Shown: piece by piece, positions 47,405 to 58,600 of the stretch
Position numbering within the stretch: position 1 is the stretch's first letter
How the letters are laid out: each line of letters begins with the position of its first letter
IMG/VR virus record: IMGVR_UViG_3300037067_017589
Direction: 5' to 3' (one strand)
Length of the DNA stretch: 64,000 nucleotides
From: an uncultured virus (IMG/VR IMGVR_UViG_3300037067_017589)
Taxonomy: Duplodnaviria > Heunggongvirae > Uroviricota > Caudoviricetes
The notes under the pieces: model-generated
The model's input: the letters and a program-made list of their open reading frames with translations, nothing else
Databases searched by the model: none
What the model was told of the DNA's origin: nothing
Made by a program: the position numbers and the translations under genes

Positions 47405-49879
47405 ATGGCCAATATTCCAGGTGCAACAAGTGTAGTTCCAGGCGTGTATTCAGAAACAAAAACGCTTCAGCGTGGCGTTAGTGTACCAACTGGTTCTCGC
47501 CTTGCTTTAATTATAGGTGAAGGTTTGAAAGAAGAAACCTTAGTTGGTTCCGCTAACGGTAACGGAAACGATGGTTTCAATCCAACTTACACATCTTCAA
47601 CAGGCTCTGATGGACGTCACTTTTTATTAGGTATAGGACAAGATGTAGTAGCTCCTGTTGTAATAAATAGATCTAGATTGTTCAAAAATGGAATTGAACT
47701 TAACCTGTCAGAAGATGTGGTTGATTTATTATCATTTGATTCTAGATTTGATGCTAGATTAGATCCTGAAACTGGGCAAATCGAATTGCAACCAGCTTCA
47801 CTTGTAAGACAAACAGGTGATCAATATTATAAATCTTCTACTAATAATATTGGGAATGGTACTATTTCTAATCTGACATTAGTAGATATTAATTCTCCAC
47901 CTGAAACTTGGACTATACGCTGTACAAGTGTTAGAAGAGATGGTGGTGGAAATCCAATGGATGGATATGCTAAATTTATTGCACGTGGTTCTGAAAGTGG
48001 AATTATATTAGATGGATATGGAAATCAAATTTTCTGGCAATCTAATGGTTCTATTATTAGTAATACTATTTTACGATTTTCTATTTTAGAAGGTGTATCA
48101 ACATTCCAAGAAGGTGATAGTTTTATAATTCAAACTACTGGTGGTCCGTTGGTTAGAGGTGATAACTTAATTGCAAAATATATTTCAGTATTAGATTTAA
48201 ACGATCCGGAATTCTTTACAGATCTAAATGTTTTAGTAGCAAAACATGGGCAACCAACTGCTGAAAATAGATTATCTCTAGGCTCTCAATTAGCATTTGC
48301 AAATGGTTGTCCAGGTGTTTTTGCTATACAAGCAAAACCATCTATTCCAAGACGTATATCTTATACATTAGTAGAATCAGCTGTTGGAAATACAGATCCT
48401 GAAGAATTTATATTTGAACTTCCATTAAATATTGTACCAGATGTTGATTCTAATATTAACTTCTTTATAACAAGTATTTCATCCGGAGTAGAAACTCAAA
48501 TTATTCCAAATAAAGTTGATTTTTATAATCAAGATTTTAGGGATGATCCAGAATCTTTTATTACTAGTGCTGCTTATGATTATTCTTATACTGTGATTGT
48601 AGATGATGCTGTTGAAAAAACTGGATATGATGGTTATTTAGTTGTTACTAGTACAACAACTGCAACATTATATAGTGCAAATGTTCAATTTGGAAGTGAG
48701 GATTCTGGTAAGAATTTGCAAATTGAAAATTCAACAAGTGGAAATGATGGTCAATGTAATATAGTATCAGTTATAAATGGTATATTACAATTAGAAAGTT
48801 TATCACCAATGTTTGGTATAACTGAAACTGGTGTAGATTTCTTTGTATTAAATCCTTTAACAGAAAGTTGTAGAATATTAATAACTGATGATATTGTATT
48901 AAGCGCTGGTGATAGTTTAAGAGTAACTATAGTAGATACAAATGATGCAGATTTCTTTGATGCTGGTTGGGTAGAAGCTTATGATTCAGCAGAAAAGATT
49001 GAAGTAGACATAGTAGTACCACTTCCAAGTCAAACAATTAGTGTTATTTTACAAAATGGTAAAGTTCATGTCGAAACCATGAGTAATATCAGAAATAGAA
49101 AAGAACGTGTATTGTTAACCGGAGCAATAAGTGGATTAACTCCTGCAAATGTACTAGGTACACAAGATGCTGCTGTTGAAGATATTGGTATTCTAGAAGG
49201 AATTCAAGGAGATGATGTTTCTGAAATTCTAGATGGAATTACTGAAGATTTAACAAATTATGATGTACAAAATGCTTTTGGAGATAGTTACAGAGTTGTA
49301 TATTTTTATCCAGATCAGATCGTTATACAAGCTGGTTCTAATAATGAGCTTATGGATGGTTTCTTTATTGCAGCAGCTGCAGCAGGATATTTTTCTGGTA
49401 ATACTGCAATTCAAGAACCATTAACTAATAAGACTTTATCTGGATTTTCTATTTTAAGAGATAAGATGTATGCTCCATTAGTTCAAGAAAATATTTCTAA
49501 ATCTGGTATTACATTGTTAACACCAGTAGCTGGTGGAGGAAAGGTTGTATGGGGAAAGACAACTACAATTAGTCTTGAAGCTACAGAAGAAGAAATTAGT
49601 ATTGTATTTATTAGAGATAATATTTCCAAAACTATGCGCAGAGCATTTTTACCTTATATTGGAAGAGCCGAAAGTATAACAATGAAAGCTACATTATTTT
49701 CAATAGCTCAAGGATTAATGAAGTCATTTATACAACAAAGATTAATTACTGCATATGATGGTTTGGTAGTAAATAAAGATTCAGTTGAGCCAAGACAGTG
49801 GAATGTATCAGTAGCGGTACAACCTACATATCCTACTAATTGGATTTTCATTGCAATTAATGTTGGGCGTTTAGATTAA
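47405..49879 (+). CDS. Contractile tail sheath protein
   Basis: N-terminal PGVY and C-terminal EEISIVFIRD...YIG...V.VQPTYPTNWIFI sheath motifs. Confidence 0.85.
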   Translation: MANIPGATSVVPGVYSETKTLQRGVSVPTGSRLALIIGEGLKEETLVGSANGNGNDGFNPTYTSSTGSDGRHFLLGIGQDVVAPVVINRSRLFKNGIELNLSEDVVDLLSFDSRFDARLDPETGQIELQPASLVRQTGDQYYKSSTNNIGNGTISNLTLVDINSPPETWTIRCTSVRRDGGGNPMDGYAKFIARGSESGIILDGYGNQIFWQSNGSIISNTILRFSILEGVSTFQEGDSFIIQTTGGPLVRGDNLIAKYISVLDLNDPEFFTDLNVLVAKHGQPTAENRLSLGSQLAFANGCPGVFAIQAKPSIPRRISYTLVESAVGNTDPEEFIFELPLNIVPDVDSNINFFITSISSGVETQIIPNKVDFYNQDFRDDPESFITSAAYDYSYTVIVDDAVEKTGYDGYLVVTSTTTATLYSANVQFGSEDSGKNLQIENSTSGNDGQCNIVSVINGILQLESLSPMFGITETGVDFFVLNPLTESCRILITDDIVLSAGDSLRVTIVDTNDADFFDAGWVEAYDSAEKIEVDIVVPLPSQTISVILQNGKVHVETMSNIRNRKERVLLTGAISGLTPANVLGTQDAAVEDIGILEGIQGDDVSEILDGITEDLTNYDVQNAFGDSYRVVYFYPDQIVIQAGSNNELMDGFFIAAAAAGYFSGNTAIQEPLTNKTLSGFSILRDKMYAPLVQENISKSGITLLTPVAGGGKVVWGKTTTISLEATEEEISIVFIRDNISKTMRRAFLPYIGRAESITMKATLFSIAQGLMKSFIQQRLITAYDGLVVNKDSVEPRQWNVSVAVQPTYPTNWIFIAINVGRLD

Positions 49880-50014
49880 TTTGAAGTTGAGATGATTTAA
49901 GGTTAAGTTATAATAAATTTGACCTTAATAAAAATTCTTTATTTACAAAAAAAAATCAAGTAATACTATAGTACAAATTAGGCATAAGGCAATATAAAAT
50001 ATAGAGGGTAATAA

Positions 50015-50680
50015 ATGGTAAATTACAGTCCACACACAGAATCTCAATTAACAAGTTCAACTGGTCGTAATGCTACTAGAACAGGTGTTAGTACAAATAT
50101 TATAATCAGTGTAGATGGTAATCCTGTTGGTGCCGTTACTAAATTATCAATCTCTGAAAGTCGTCAAATTGCAATGATTGATGAGGTAGGAACAGATGGT
50201 CATGTAGATTCAGTTCCAAAGTCTTCAACAAGTATTTCAGGCAGTTGTACTAGAACAAGATTTGATAATCTAAGAATTGCAGCAGCTTTTTCTCGTGGAT
50301 TTGTTCATGTATGTGCACAACGTGTTCCATTTGATATTTTAGTATTTGATATATTTGCAGCAGAAGAAGATTCTAACAATGCCAGTCTTAGTGGTATTAC
50401 AGGTCATATGATTACAACTGAGATTAAAAATGTGTGGATTAATAAAATTGATGTAACATATAACTCTGGTGATTTTGTTATTGTTGAAGATATGGGTTGG
50501 GAAGCTGAACAAATATTTTCTTATCTTACTGATGGAAATTCTGCATATGCAGGATCAGCTACTTCGGCTCGTAAACTTCGTTCTATATTTACAGATCCCT
50601 TTGAACAACAAGCTGATACTGGTAAGAGACGAGGTGCTCTAGATGCAGCTGGTCTAATTAATGCGGTTGAGTCAGCATAA
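50015..50680 (+). CDS. Tail tube protein
   Basis: Follows the sheath gene; I.VDG.PVG.V...SESR....EVG, PFDI.V.D, IKNVWI....TY..GD..IVE...EAE. Confidence 0.75.
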   Translation: MVNYSPHTESQLTSSTGRNATRTGVSTNIIISVDGNPVGAVTKLSISESRQIAMIDEVGTDGHVDSVPKSSTSISGSCTRTRFDNLRIAAAFSRGFVHVCAQRVPFDILVFDIFAAEEDSNNASLSGITGHMITTEIKNVWINKIDVTYNSGDFVIVEDMGWEAEQIFSYLTDGNSAYAGSATSARKLRSIFTDPFEQQADTGKRRGALDAAGLINAVESA

Positions 50681-50705
50681 TAATTAAAATTTTAATTAAA
50701 ATAAT

Positions 50706-50734
50706 AAAACCCACATTATAAATTTGTGGGTTTT
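50706..50734 (+). terminator. Intrinsic terminator after the tube gene
   Basis: AAAACCCACA-loop-TGTGGGTTTT. Confidence 0.75.
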
Positions 50735-50811
50735 CTTGTTTAATTTTCTTGATATATTAAGATAGAGAAGATCTAAATTTTTTAGATTTATAAATAAGGA
50801 TATAATAAAAT

Positions 50812-51513
50812 ATGGTAAATATACATAGTTCTATTGGAAGTAATAAACAACGTAGTGGATCTGGTCAACAACAATCTAATCGTAATTGGAGTATTCCAGA
50901 TGGACAAGATGATACAGAAAATTATGCAAATATACCAAATGATTTTACACAACAACCTACTAGACAAATGATAAATCCAGCAGAAGTTGCACATAGACGA
51001 CAAATAGCTATGGAGAAATCTGAACAACAAGAACAAAAATCTAGTAAAGAGGCAATGCGTAGGGTTGATTTTATAACTGGAATTGGTAGAAAAACAAAAG
51101 AAGTACCTATTACTGATGATTCTACTACAACTGTTTTTACTTTAAGATCTTTAAAGTCATTTGAACAAAACTGCTATGCACAAGCAGTTGAACAAGCAGA
51201 AAGAATTGTATTATCAGATGGTAGAACTACATTCAAACCAACAAGTTTATATAATATGAAACTTGTAGCATTATCTTATTCATTATTTATGATTGATGGA
51301 CAGCTAGCGGATCTTGTATTAGGTACATTTGATTTATCTTATGAAGAACAAATTGAAGCTAAAAAAAGTTTAATATCTGAAATGGATGGTGCATTAATAG
51401 ATCATTTATTTAATAAGTTTGATGAATTAAGTACAGAGGTTTATGATGGTTATATACCAAAAACTCAAGAACAAGTTAAGGAGGTAATACAGGCAATCAA
51501 TAAAAGTAGTTAG
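50812..51513 (+). CDS. Tail assembly chaperone (gpG-like)
   Basis: Lies between tube and tape measure genes; FTLRSL...L.YSL..IDG...LIDHLF.KF.EL. Confidence 0.65.
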   Translation: MVNIHSSIGSNKQRSGSGQQQSNRNWSIPDGQDDTENYANIPNDFTQQPTRQMINPAEVAHRRQIAMEKSEQQEQKSSKEAMRRVDFITGIGRKTKEVPITDDSTTTVFTLRSLKSFEQNCYAQAVEQAERIVLSDGRTTFKPTSLYNMKLVALSYSLFMIDGQLADLVLGTFDLSYEEQIEAKKSLISEMDGALIDHLFNKFDELSTEVYDGYIPKTQEQVKEVIQAINKSS

Positions 51514-51850
51514 AACTCCAGAACATCAATTTATAAGATTTTTAGTTAAAACTTTCGGAAAATTACCAGATGATTCTTTTTATGAGAATATTAACCCATA
51601 TTTAAGAGTATGGTTATATGAGAGTTGGATTCATGATATGGAATTAGAAGATGAAAAATTGAGAAATCAAGCAATATTTATTGGTTCTTTTTCTAATCCT
51701 GAAATGGCACAAAAGATTATTAAATCTGATAAACCTGATTTTGAGGCAACTGATTCAGAAGAAACCGCAAAAGATATTCATAAAGAAATTGTTAAAACTG
51801 AAAAACAAACAAAACGTAAAAAACGAAAAAAACATAAGGTGGTTGATTAA
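51488..51850 (+). CDS. gpT-like frameshift extension of the tail chaperone
   Basis: Frame is open from 51488, overlapping the chaperone end, with no ATG/GTG/TTG until 51638. Confidence 0.55.
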   Translation, partial: YRQSIKVVRTPEHQFIRFLVKTFGKLPDDSFYENINPYLRVWLYESWIHDMELEDEKLRNQAIFIGSFSNPEMAQKIIKSDKPDFEATDSEETAKDIHKEIVKTEKQTKRKKRKKHKVVD

Positions 51851-54579
51851 TGGCTGATGACGTAATTTCTCTTGAAAAATTAATAGATTTCGCTAAAACA
51901 TTAAGTGGCGATGCTTTTGATTCGGTAAATAGATTTGTTGAAGGTCTTAAAAATTTAGGTCAAACAACTACTAAAACCTCAGATGTAATAAAACTTTTAG
52001 GTTATGAATCTGGTAGTCAGTTTACTGCTATGGCTAATGGTTTAAAAACAGTTACTGAAAATTGTGAAGAAGCTTTTGATAGATTTGGAGTATTAAAACA
52101 ATTTGGAAAACAAGCTGCTGAAACAATAACAGAAGAATATAAAAAACTTACTTCACAAATGAATATTACATCTCATGGGTCGGTTACAACTGGAGTTACA
52201 ATGGCTATGGGGTTAGAACCCCTTATGGGAATTATACCAAGAGTGATTACTGGAGTAGGTAATATTGGACAAGCTGGGTTTGAAGCAGGTTCAAAAATAA
52301 GCACAGCATTTGAACCTTTTTCTACAATATTCCCTAAGGGTGTTGCTGAAATGATTAAAGGAGCTGATGCTGCATATCTTATAAAAAGTAAAGTTTTAGA
52401 AGCAGCAGCTTCTCAAGGTCGTTTTAGTGATACTATTGATGCTACTGGTCATGGTTTTAAAGATCTTAATATTCAATATAATGATTATGTAATGTTATCT
52501 TATAAATCTGCTCAAGCTACTGGGCAGACTATATCTTCTATGAACGAACTTCAGGATAGTTTAAAAGCTATTCCAGGTGCGTTGAGTGAGAATATAACTG
52601 TAGGAAATGTACAAATGAATCAAATGGTTGCTACTTCAAAAGTAGCAGCCGCTTTTGGCAAAACTCAAGAAGAAGTTGCTTTAAAATATAATGAATTATA
52701 TACCAATATGGGTGTAAGTGGTCAAGCGGCATTTGAATCATTATCTAATATATATAAACTTGCAGCAGATTCTTCTAAATTACGTGGAGCATTTGTTACA
52801 ACAGTATTAGATATTGCTAAATCTTTTAATATTCTTGGTGATAATACTGATGCTGCTACTAAAGTTGTAAAAGCATTTGATCAGGCATTTGAAGATAGTA
52901 AATTATCACCTGATGCAATACAAAAAGTAATTACTGGTCTTACAACTGGTGTACAAAAATTTGATCTTGCACGTGGTGCTTTTATATCTGGAGCTACTGG
53001 TGGTCAAAGTAGTTTAGCTGGTGGTTTGAAGATGGAATACGCTCTTCAAACTGGTAATCTTGAAGAGGTTATGGCTAAAACGCTTAGGGGTATTGAAAAT
53101 CAATTTGGTGGACAAATTGTTACATTAAAAGAGGCGGTGGAAAATCCGGGTTTATCTAGTGAATATTTAAAGCAAATGGAAATGATATCACAAATAACTG
53201 GTATTAATGATGAAAGACAAGCATCTCAAGTTTTGAATGCAATGAAAGAAGGAGTAATTGGAAAACTTGAAAGAGGTGAAAAAGATGAAACAACAGAAGC
53301 TCTTGTACAAGCTATAGATCTTGGTACTCAAAAACAAGATCCACTTCGCAATTCTATAATGCAAGTTTATCAAGAAGCTGAATTAATACGTTTAACACAA
53401 GATTCAATGTATCAAACAGCTTTAAAACAATCAGACAGTGCATTACGTTCAGCTTTGGGTATTGAAATGATGGCAGCTGATGCAGCTTCTAGAGAATCTT
53501 CTAGAGGTGGTTTATTTGTAGATACTACAGCATCAAGAACTGATAAAAAACATCTAACAATTAATGAATCAATTGATGAAAAAATTGGATGGTTTAATAA
53601 ATTATATGAAAAATATACTAGTAAATCAGAAGAAAAAAAAGAAGAACCAACTTTAACAACTGAAACTGTTAAAATAGTTCCAGAAGTAGTTCCAGAAGTA
53701 GTTTCAAACCTATCAAACCCCAGAACACCTGGAATTCCAATTAGTGAGAAATTACCATCTACAATTCCGGTAGTTCCAGGACCACCACCACCAGAACCAA
53801 GTGGAGATATTTTACCAATACCACTAAAACCTGAAAAAATATCTTTAACTACTAAGATACCACCATTAGTTACACCTTCACCATTTAATATAGCACATTC
53901 CATTACACCACCACCTGTTGTATCAGGAGTTGGAATACCTCCATCTGCAAATATACCATCATTAACAACTAGAGAAATAACACCAACAACTTCTAATTTT
54001 ATTGCTGAAAGAAGTTCTCCTATTATTACACCTGGACTTCCAAAAGCCACATCAACTGAAAAGATTGATAAAATAAATAGTGCAACACCAGATGTAATAA
54101 ATGAGATGAAAGTTTACAATGATAGAGCTGCTAAAGTAGCAGATCAATTTGAAAAATTAGACTCAATTAATAAAGAAGATAAAATAAAAGAACCGGTACA
54201 AACAATAATACCATCTAAGACAGAATATAAAGTTGATAAAACAATTAATTCAAAAGAAAATGAAAAAACATTACAACAACATATAACTTCTATTATTAAT
54301 AAAAACAAACATGAACAAGAAATTAAATCAACAGCATTACCTCCTATACCTTATAGAGAATCTATAGTTGAAGAAATAGCTAAAGGTACTAAAAAAGAAT
54401 CTGAAGAAAGAAATGGTTTAACTACAGAACCTATAACTTTTAAATTTGATCCATTAGATCTTACTGTTTCATTTAAGATTGAAGATCTTAATGGATTGGA
54501 GGAAGTTGTAAAAACTGTTGTAACTAATATGAATTTAAATACAAGTTCAGGACCTTATAATGGAAACGCTAATGGTTAA
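51850..54579 (+). CDS. Tape-measure-like protein with a Pro-rich C-terminal region
   Basis: Ala/Gly-rich helical N-terminal ~600 aa; canonical position after the chaperone. Confidence 0.65.
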   Translation: MADDVISLEKLIDFAKTLSGDAFDSVNRFVEGLKNLGQTTTKTSDVIKLLGYESGSQFTAMANGLKTVTENCEEAFDRFGVLKQFGKQAAETITEEYKKLTSQMNITSHGSVTTGVTMAMGLEPLMGIIPRVITGVGNIGQAGFEAGSKISTAFEPFSTIFPKGVAEMIKGADAAYLIKSKVLEAAASQGRFSDTIDATGHGFKDLNIQYNDYVMLSYKSAQATGQTISSMNELQDSLKAIPGALSENITVGNVQMNQMVATSKVAAAFGKTQEEVALKYNELYTNMGVSGQAAFESLSNIYKLAADSSKLRGAFVTTVLDIAKSFNILGDNTDAATKVVKAFDQAFEDSKLSPDAIQKVITGLTTGVQKFDLARGAFISGATGGQSSLAGGLKMEYALQTGNLEEVMAKTLRGIENQFGGQIVTLKEAVENPGLSSEYLKQMEMISQITGINDERQASQVLNAMKEGVIGKLERGEKDETTEALVQAIDLGTQKQDPLRNSIMQVYQEAELIRLTQDSMYQTALKQSDSALRSALGIEMMAADAASRESSRGGLFVDTTASRTDKKHLTINESIDEKIGWFNKLYEKYTSKSEEKKEEPTLTTETVKIVPEVVPEVVSNLSNPRTPGIPISEKLPSTIPVVPGPPPPEPSGDILPIPLKPEKISLTTKIPPLVTPSPFNIAHSITPPPVVSGVGIPPSANIPSLTTREITPTTSNFIAERSSPIITPGLPKATSTEKIDKINSATPDVINEMKVYNDRAAKVADQFEKLDSINKEDKIKEPVQTIIPSKTEYKVDKTINSKENEKTLQQHITSIINKNKHEQEIKSTALPPIPYRESIVEEIAKGTKKESEERNGLTTEPITFKFDPLDLTVSFKIEDLNGLEEVVKTVVTNMNLNTSSGPYNGNANG

Positions 54580-54644
54580 TATTTTACACATATAGGAACG
54601 TTAATGGTCAGTATTCTATACATAAGGTTTAATCGAGGTGTTAA

Positions 54645-55583
54645 ATGAGTGACTTTTTAGAACAAATTAATAATAGAATTGATGGGTCATACAATAATGC
54701 TAGGGGTATTGTTAGAGGAAGTGGTGGAAACGCTCAGGGCTTTAGTGATTTAGCTGTAATACCACCTCCAACAGGAAGTGCTGTACGCCAAGCTCAAATT
54801 GCAAATGAACGTGATGCTATTGCAAAAAGAAATATGGTTCGTTGGTTTCTTCCAGAGACTGGTATTGTTGAAATGTATATAAATCCTAAAAATATAGAAT
54901 ATTCATATAAGAAACATATAACCTCACCAGTAAGAACACGTGGTGGGTATTCAATACAATATTATGGAGAAGATTTAGGACAAATTGTTATTCGTGGTAC
55001 AACAGGTTCTTCTGGTGTTGAGGGTATAAATGTTCTTGAAGATATTTATAGAAACGAACAAGTTTCCATGGATGCTTTAGCAATGGCTGCTGAAGCTGCT
55101 AGAAAAAATAATTCTAGTAATTATGCAAATGTTGATCTTGGTTTTGGAAATTTTATAGCAGAAGGTATTGATGATATGTTTGATACAGTTGATTCTGTTA
55201 TAAATACTGGAAGTGCAGATCCGGCAATACAACAACCTACATTAGCATCAATAGCATTTCAAACTGAGATGTATTGGTCTGGTTGGGTATTTAGAGGGTT
55301 TTTTATAAGTTTTGGAGTTACTGAAAGTTCTGATAATATTGGATTATTTGATTATTCAATTAATTTTACAGTTACACAAAAGCGTGGTTTACGATTAAAC
55401 TATATGCCTTGGCATAGAAGTGCTGTTCATGGTCCATCATATACAGATCCATTATTTGGTAGACCATATTCATTTGGAACTTTGAGAGATCCTTCATCAA
55501 AGACAAGTTATTCAGCATCTCCTATAATAAAAAGAGTAGTAGCTACTGTTGATGCTGCTTTGACAAGTTATCGTCCGATTTAA
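54645..55583 (+). CDS. Baseplate / tail-tube initiator-like protein
   Basis: MYINP..I.Y..K....RT.GG...QY.GE.L..I.I.GTTG and FRGFF..F...ES....FDY...F pattern; follows the tape measure gene. Confidence 0.6.
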   Translation: MSDFLEQINNRIDGSYNNARGIVRGSGGNAQGFSDLAVIPPPTGSAVRQAQIANERDAIAKRNMVRWFLPETGIVEMYINPKNIEYSYKKHITSPVRTRGGYSIQYYGEDLGQIVIRGTTGSSGVEGINVLEDIYRNEQVSMDALAMAAEAARKNNSSNYANVDLGFGNFIAEGIDDMFDTVDSVINTGSADPAIQQPTLASIAFQTEMYWSGWVFRGFFISFGVTESSDNIGLFDYSINFTVTQKRGLRLNYMPWHRSAVHGPSYTDPLFGRPYSFGTLRDPSSKTSYSASPIIKRVVATVDAALTSYRPI

Positions 55584-55612
55584 TTTAGGTTAAACCTGAT
55601 ATATGGTAAAGT

Positions 55613-58600
55613 ATGAATTTCTTATCTTCACTTGGTAATATTATAAACGATCAATTTGGAATTGGCGAAAATACAAAAGGTACTGTTAAAGTTTTAGGCG
55701 ATAAATCTGCTGAAAGGTCTTATATAGAAAATGGTTTTATACGAAATTTAAGACCAAGAAAAAGATCTATATTATTTCAACAACCAGATATTTATGTTGT
55801 AGTAAAAAAAAGGATGTTTTCTTCTTTAGTAAATAATTCTAGATTAGATTATTTAGAAAAAAAAGAAAGAATACTAATTGCTGCATCAAAAAAATTATTT
55901 CAAAATAAATGCAAATTAATATCAGCTTATGAAAAACTTACTAAAATTGAAAAATTAGCAATTGATAGTGGTAGTTTTAATACATTTTTAGGACCTTCAT
56001 TTATTAATTTAATAGATAGTTTAGATACATTGGGTGGAGCTACTGGTTTATTTTCACTTGATGCTAGTACAAAATCAGCTATAGAAACTCTTAGAAAAGT
56101 TTTATCTTATTCTATGCCAACTGATTTTACTAGTTGGACAACTAATGATTGGGATGCTTCTTTTTCTGATGAAGTTGGAGAAGGTCCAGGAACAATGGAA
56201 TTAACTATTGTTTCTAGTATTAGTACTAAAACATCTGTAGAATGGGGAGGAGGTAGTGCTAATTTAACACTTGAAGATCCTTATAATTTATTAACAATTA
56301 CTGAACAAGATATTGATCAGGCTTTAACTGATGTTACAAATGTATACAGAGAAGGTGGATTTTTTAAATTTACCAAAACAGAATTAGAAAATACAATAAG
56401 AGATTTACAAGGAGAGTTAGCAGTTGAAAGAAGGTCTAGGAATGCTAGCAATATTACATTTAAAATTAGTCCAGGAACAGTTGTTTCTAAAAGAGTAAGA
56501 GCGATTCTTGATGATGAAAGTACTGATATAAGATTTCAATATTCTACTGGTTTATCAGGAGAAGATGGAAGTGTAGGAGAAGTTTTATCAAGTGTTTTTG
56601 TTTCTATTGGTAATACAATTTCAGGTGGCAATGTAGAAATTGAACCTGAATTTTTAGAAGGATATAATTCAATTAATGTAAGTATAAATAATCAATTAAC
56701 AAAATCTGAACAAAAGAAATTTGTACAAATTATAGGTAATATTTTTACTCTATTAGGATATAATCAAACAAGTAAAGCCGAATTAAATCAAGCATCTGCA
56801 GAAATTAATTATGCACGTAATAGAATGAGATTATTTTTTAATGGGAAATATGTAATTCAACCTATGGATGTAATTACAATTTTCATGTCAAGTAGGACTA
56901 GTGAAGATGATCGTTTACCTGGCGGATTTCAAAAACAACAAAATGAAAGTGGATTTTCTTTAATAAATAGATTTGATACTATATTAAAAAATATAAATAA
57001 TACTGTAGGGGATATGCAAACAAATGGCAAACTTGAAACTATAATGTCATTTGAAGATATAGAGCGTTCCAGTATGGTTGGTGCTGGTTTTCCAAAATGG
57101 TTATGGAGACAATTTAAACAAGATATTACATGTCAACCTACAGGACCTTGTATTTTTACAGGTCTTGTTGGAGCAATGGGACAAGGTGTGGTTGGAACGT
57201 GGTCAGATGGTAAGTGGACAGTTTCAGTAACTTGTAATGATAATTCTGCTTATTTTTCTCAAGGGTATATAAATTTTCAACCATCTGCTGATGTTCTTAA
57301 TGCTAGTATTTACGATCCACTAACTCCATTTGATGTTAGTTTAGATGCTTCAACTGGAACTGCTTTAACAGATACGACTGAAGGAGACTTACCTCAATTA
57401 TTACCAGAAAATAAAATGTTAATTCAAACAGGATTATTAACTTATGGAAGTGGACCAGAAAAAGGTAATTCTGTTACAGAAGAAAATTTAAAACAACAAA
57501 CAAGTGAAATTACTTTTGGTAAATTTAGAAATGTACTTCATGCACCAAATGGATTAGTTTATAGATGGAAACAAGGAATTCAAACTTTAACTTGGCTTTC
57601 AAAACCAGAAAACTCTACAGAAGAAAATAGAGCAGTATTATTAACACCACAACCATTTGCCGGTCAAGATGTTATGAATGTAATATCTATGTTAGTTACT
57701 GGTCAACCATATAACTATGATACTTTCTTAAAAGCTGCAATTGCAAATGGTAATTCATTAGGGTCAAATGATAATATTAGTAATATTACAGCTGCAACTA
57801 CTTATATTCAAGGTTTATTAAATGATATTGAAAAAACTAATTGTATTTGGGGTAATTTTATACCTTATAAAAAATTAGTTATGAATCCATCTATTAACAC
57901 TTTAATTACACAAACCAGATTAGATGCTGTTTCGAACAATGAACAATTAACAAAATTACTTAGAGAAAGAGCTTCTGTTGAAGATGAAATAATGATGTTA
58001 GCTGATGGTTTTAATGTAGATTTAAATAGTCTTTTCACTAAAAATGAAGCTGGACAATCTGTATTATCAAATTCTTCCACTAATACAATAGAAACAGATG
58101 CAGCAACTGATGCTAAAAGAAGACTTGATAGTATTGATGAACAAATAAATAATCTTCAAGGATATTTTGATAAAAAATATAAAGAATCAAACAATCAAGA
58201 AATTGGTTTAACGATTATGGGAACAGATGTAAATACTAATTTAACATCTGTTAATGATGCTAGTTCAAGTAATGCTCAAAAACAAAGAGATGAATTAGAA
58301 TTAAGAAGAAATTTATTTAGATTTACAGCTAGAAGATTTTGGAAAGTAAAAGCTAATGAAGATCAAAATTTATTTATAGTAGATGATCAGTATGATAAAA
58401 ATTTTGATTTAATGGCATTTGAAAGAAAGATTGGAAGTACTATTAAATTATTTGATAGTCCATATTCATCTGTTGCAGATCAGATTAATAATGTTAAAAA
58501 ATTACTTGGTTTTGAAGTCTTTGCAAATACACAAGGACATATAGAAGCACGTCCACCTGGATATAATAAAGTACCAAGTTCTGTTTTTTATAAGATGTTT

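Noticed and set aside
53412..54050. 212-aa minus-strand ORF
   Set aside because: Antisense shadow of the Pro-rich tract (CCA codons read as Gly/Trp-rich); no RBS or recognisable motif.
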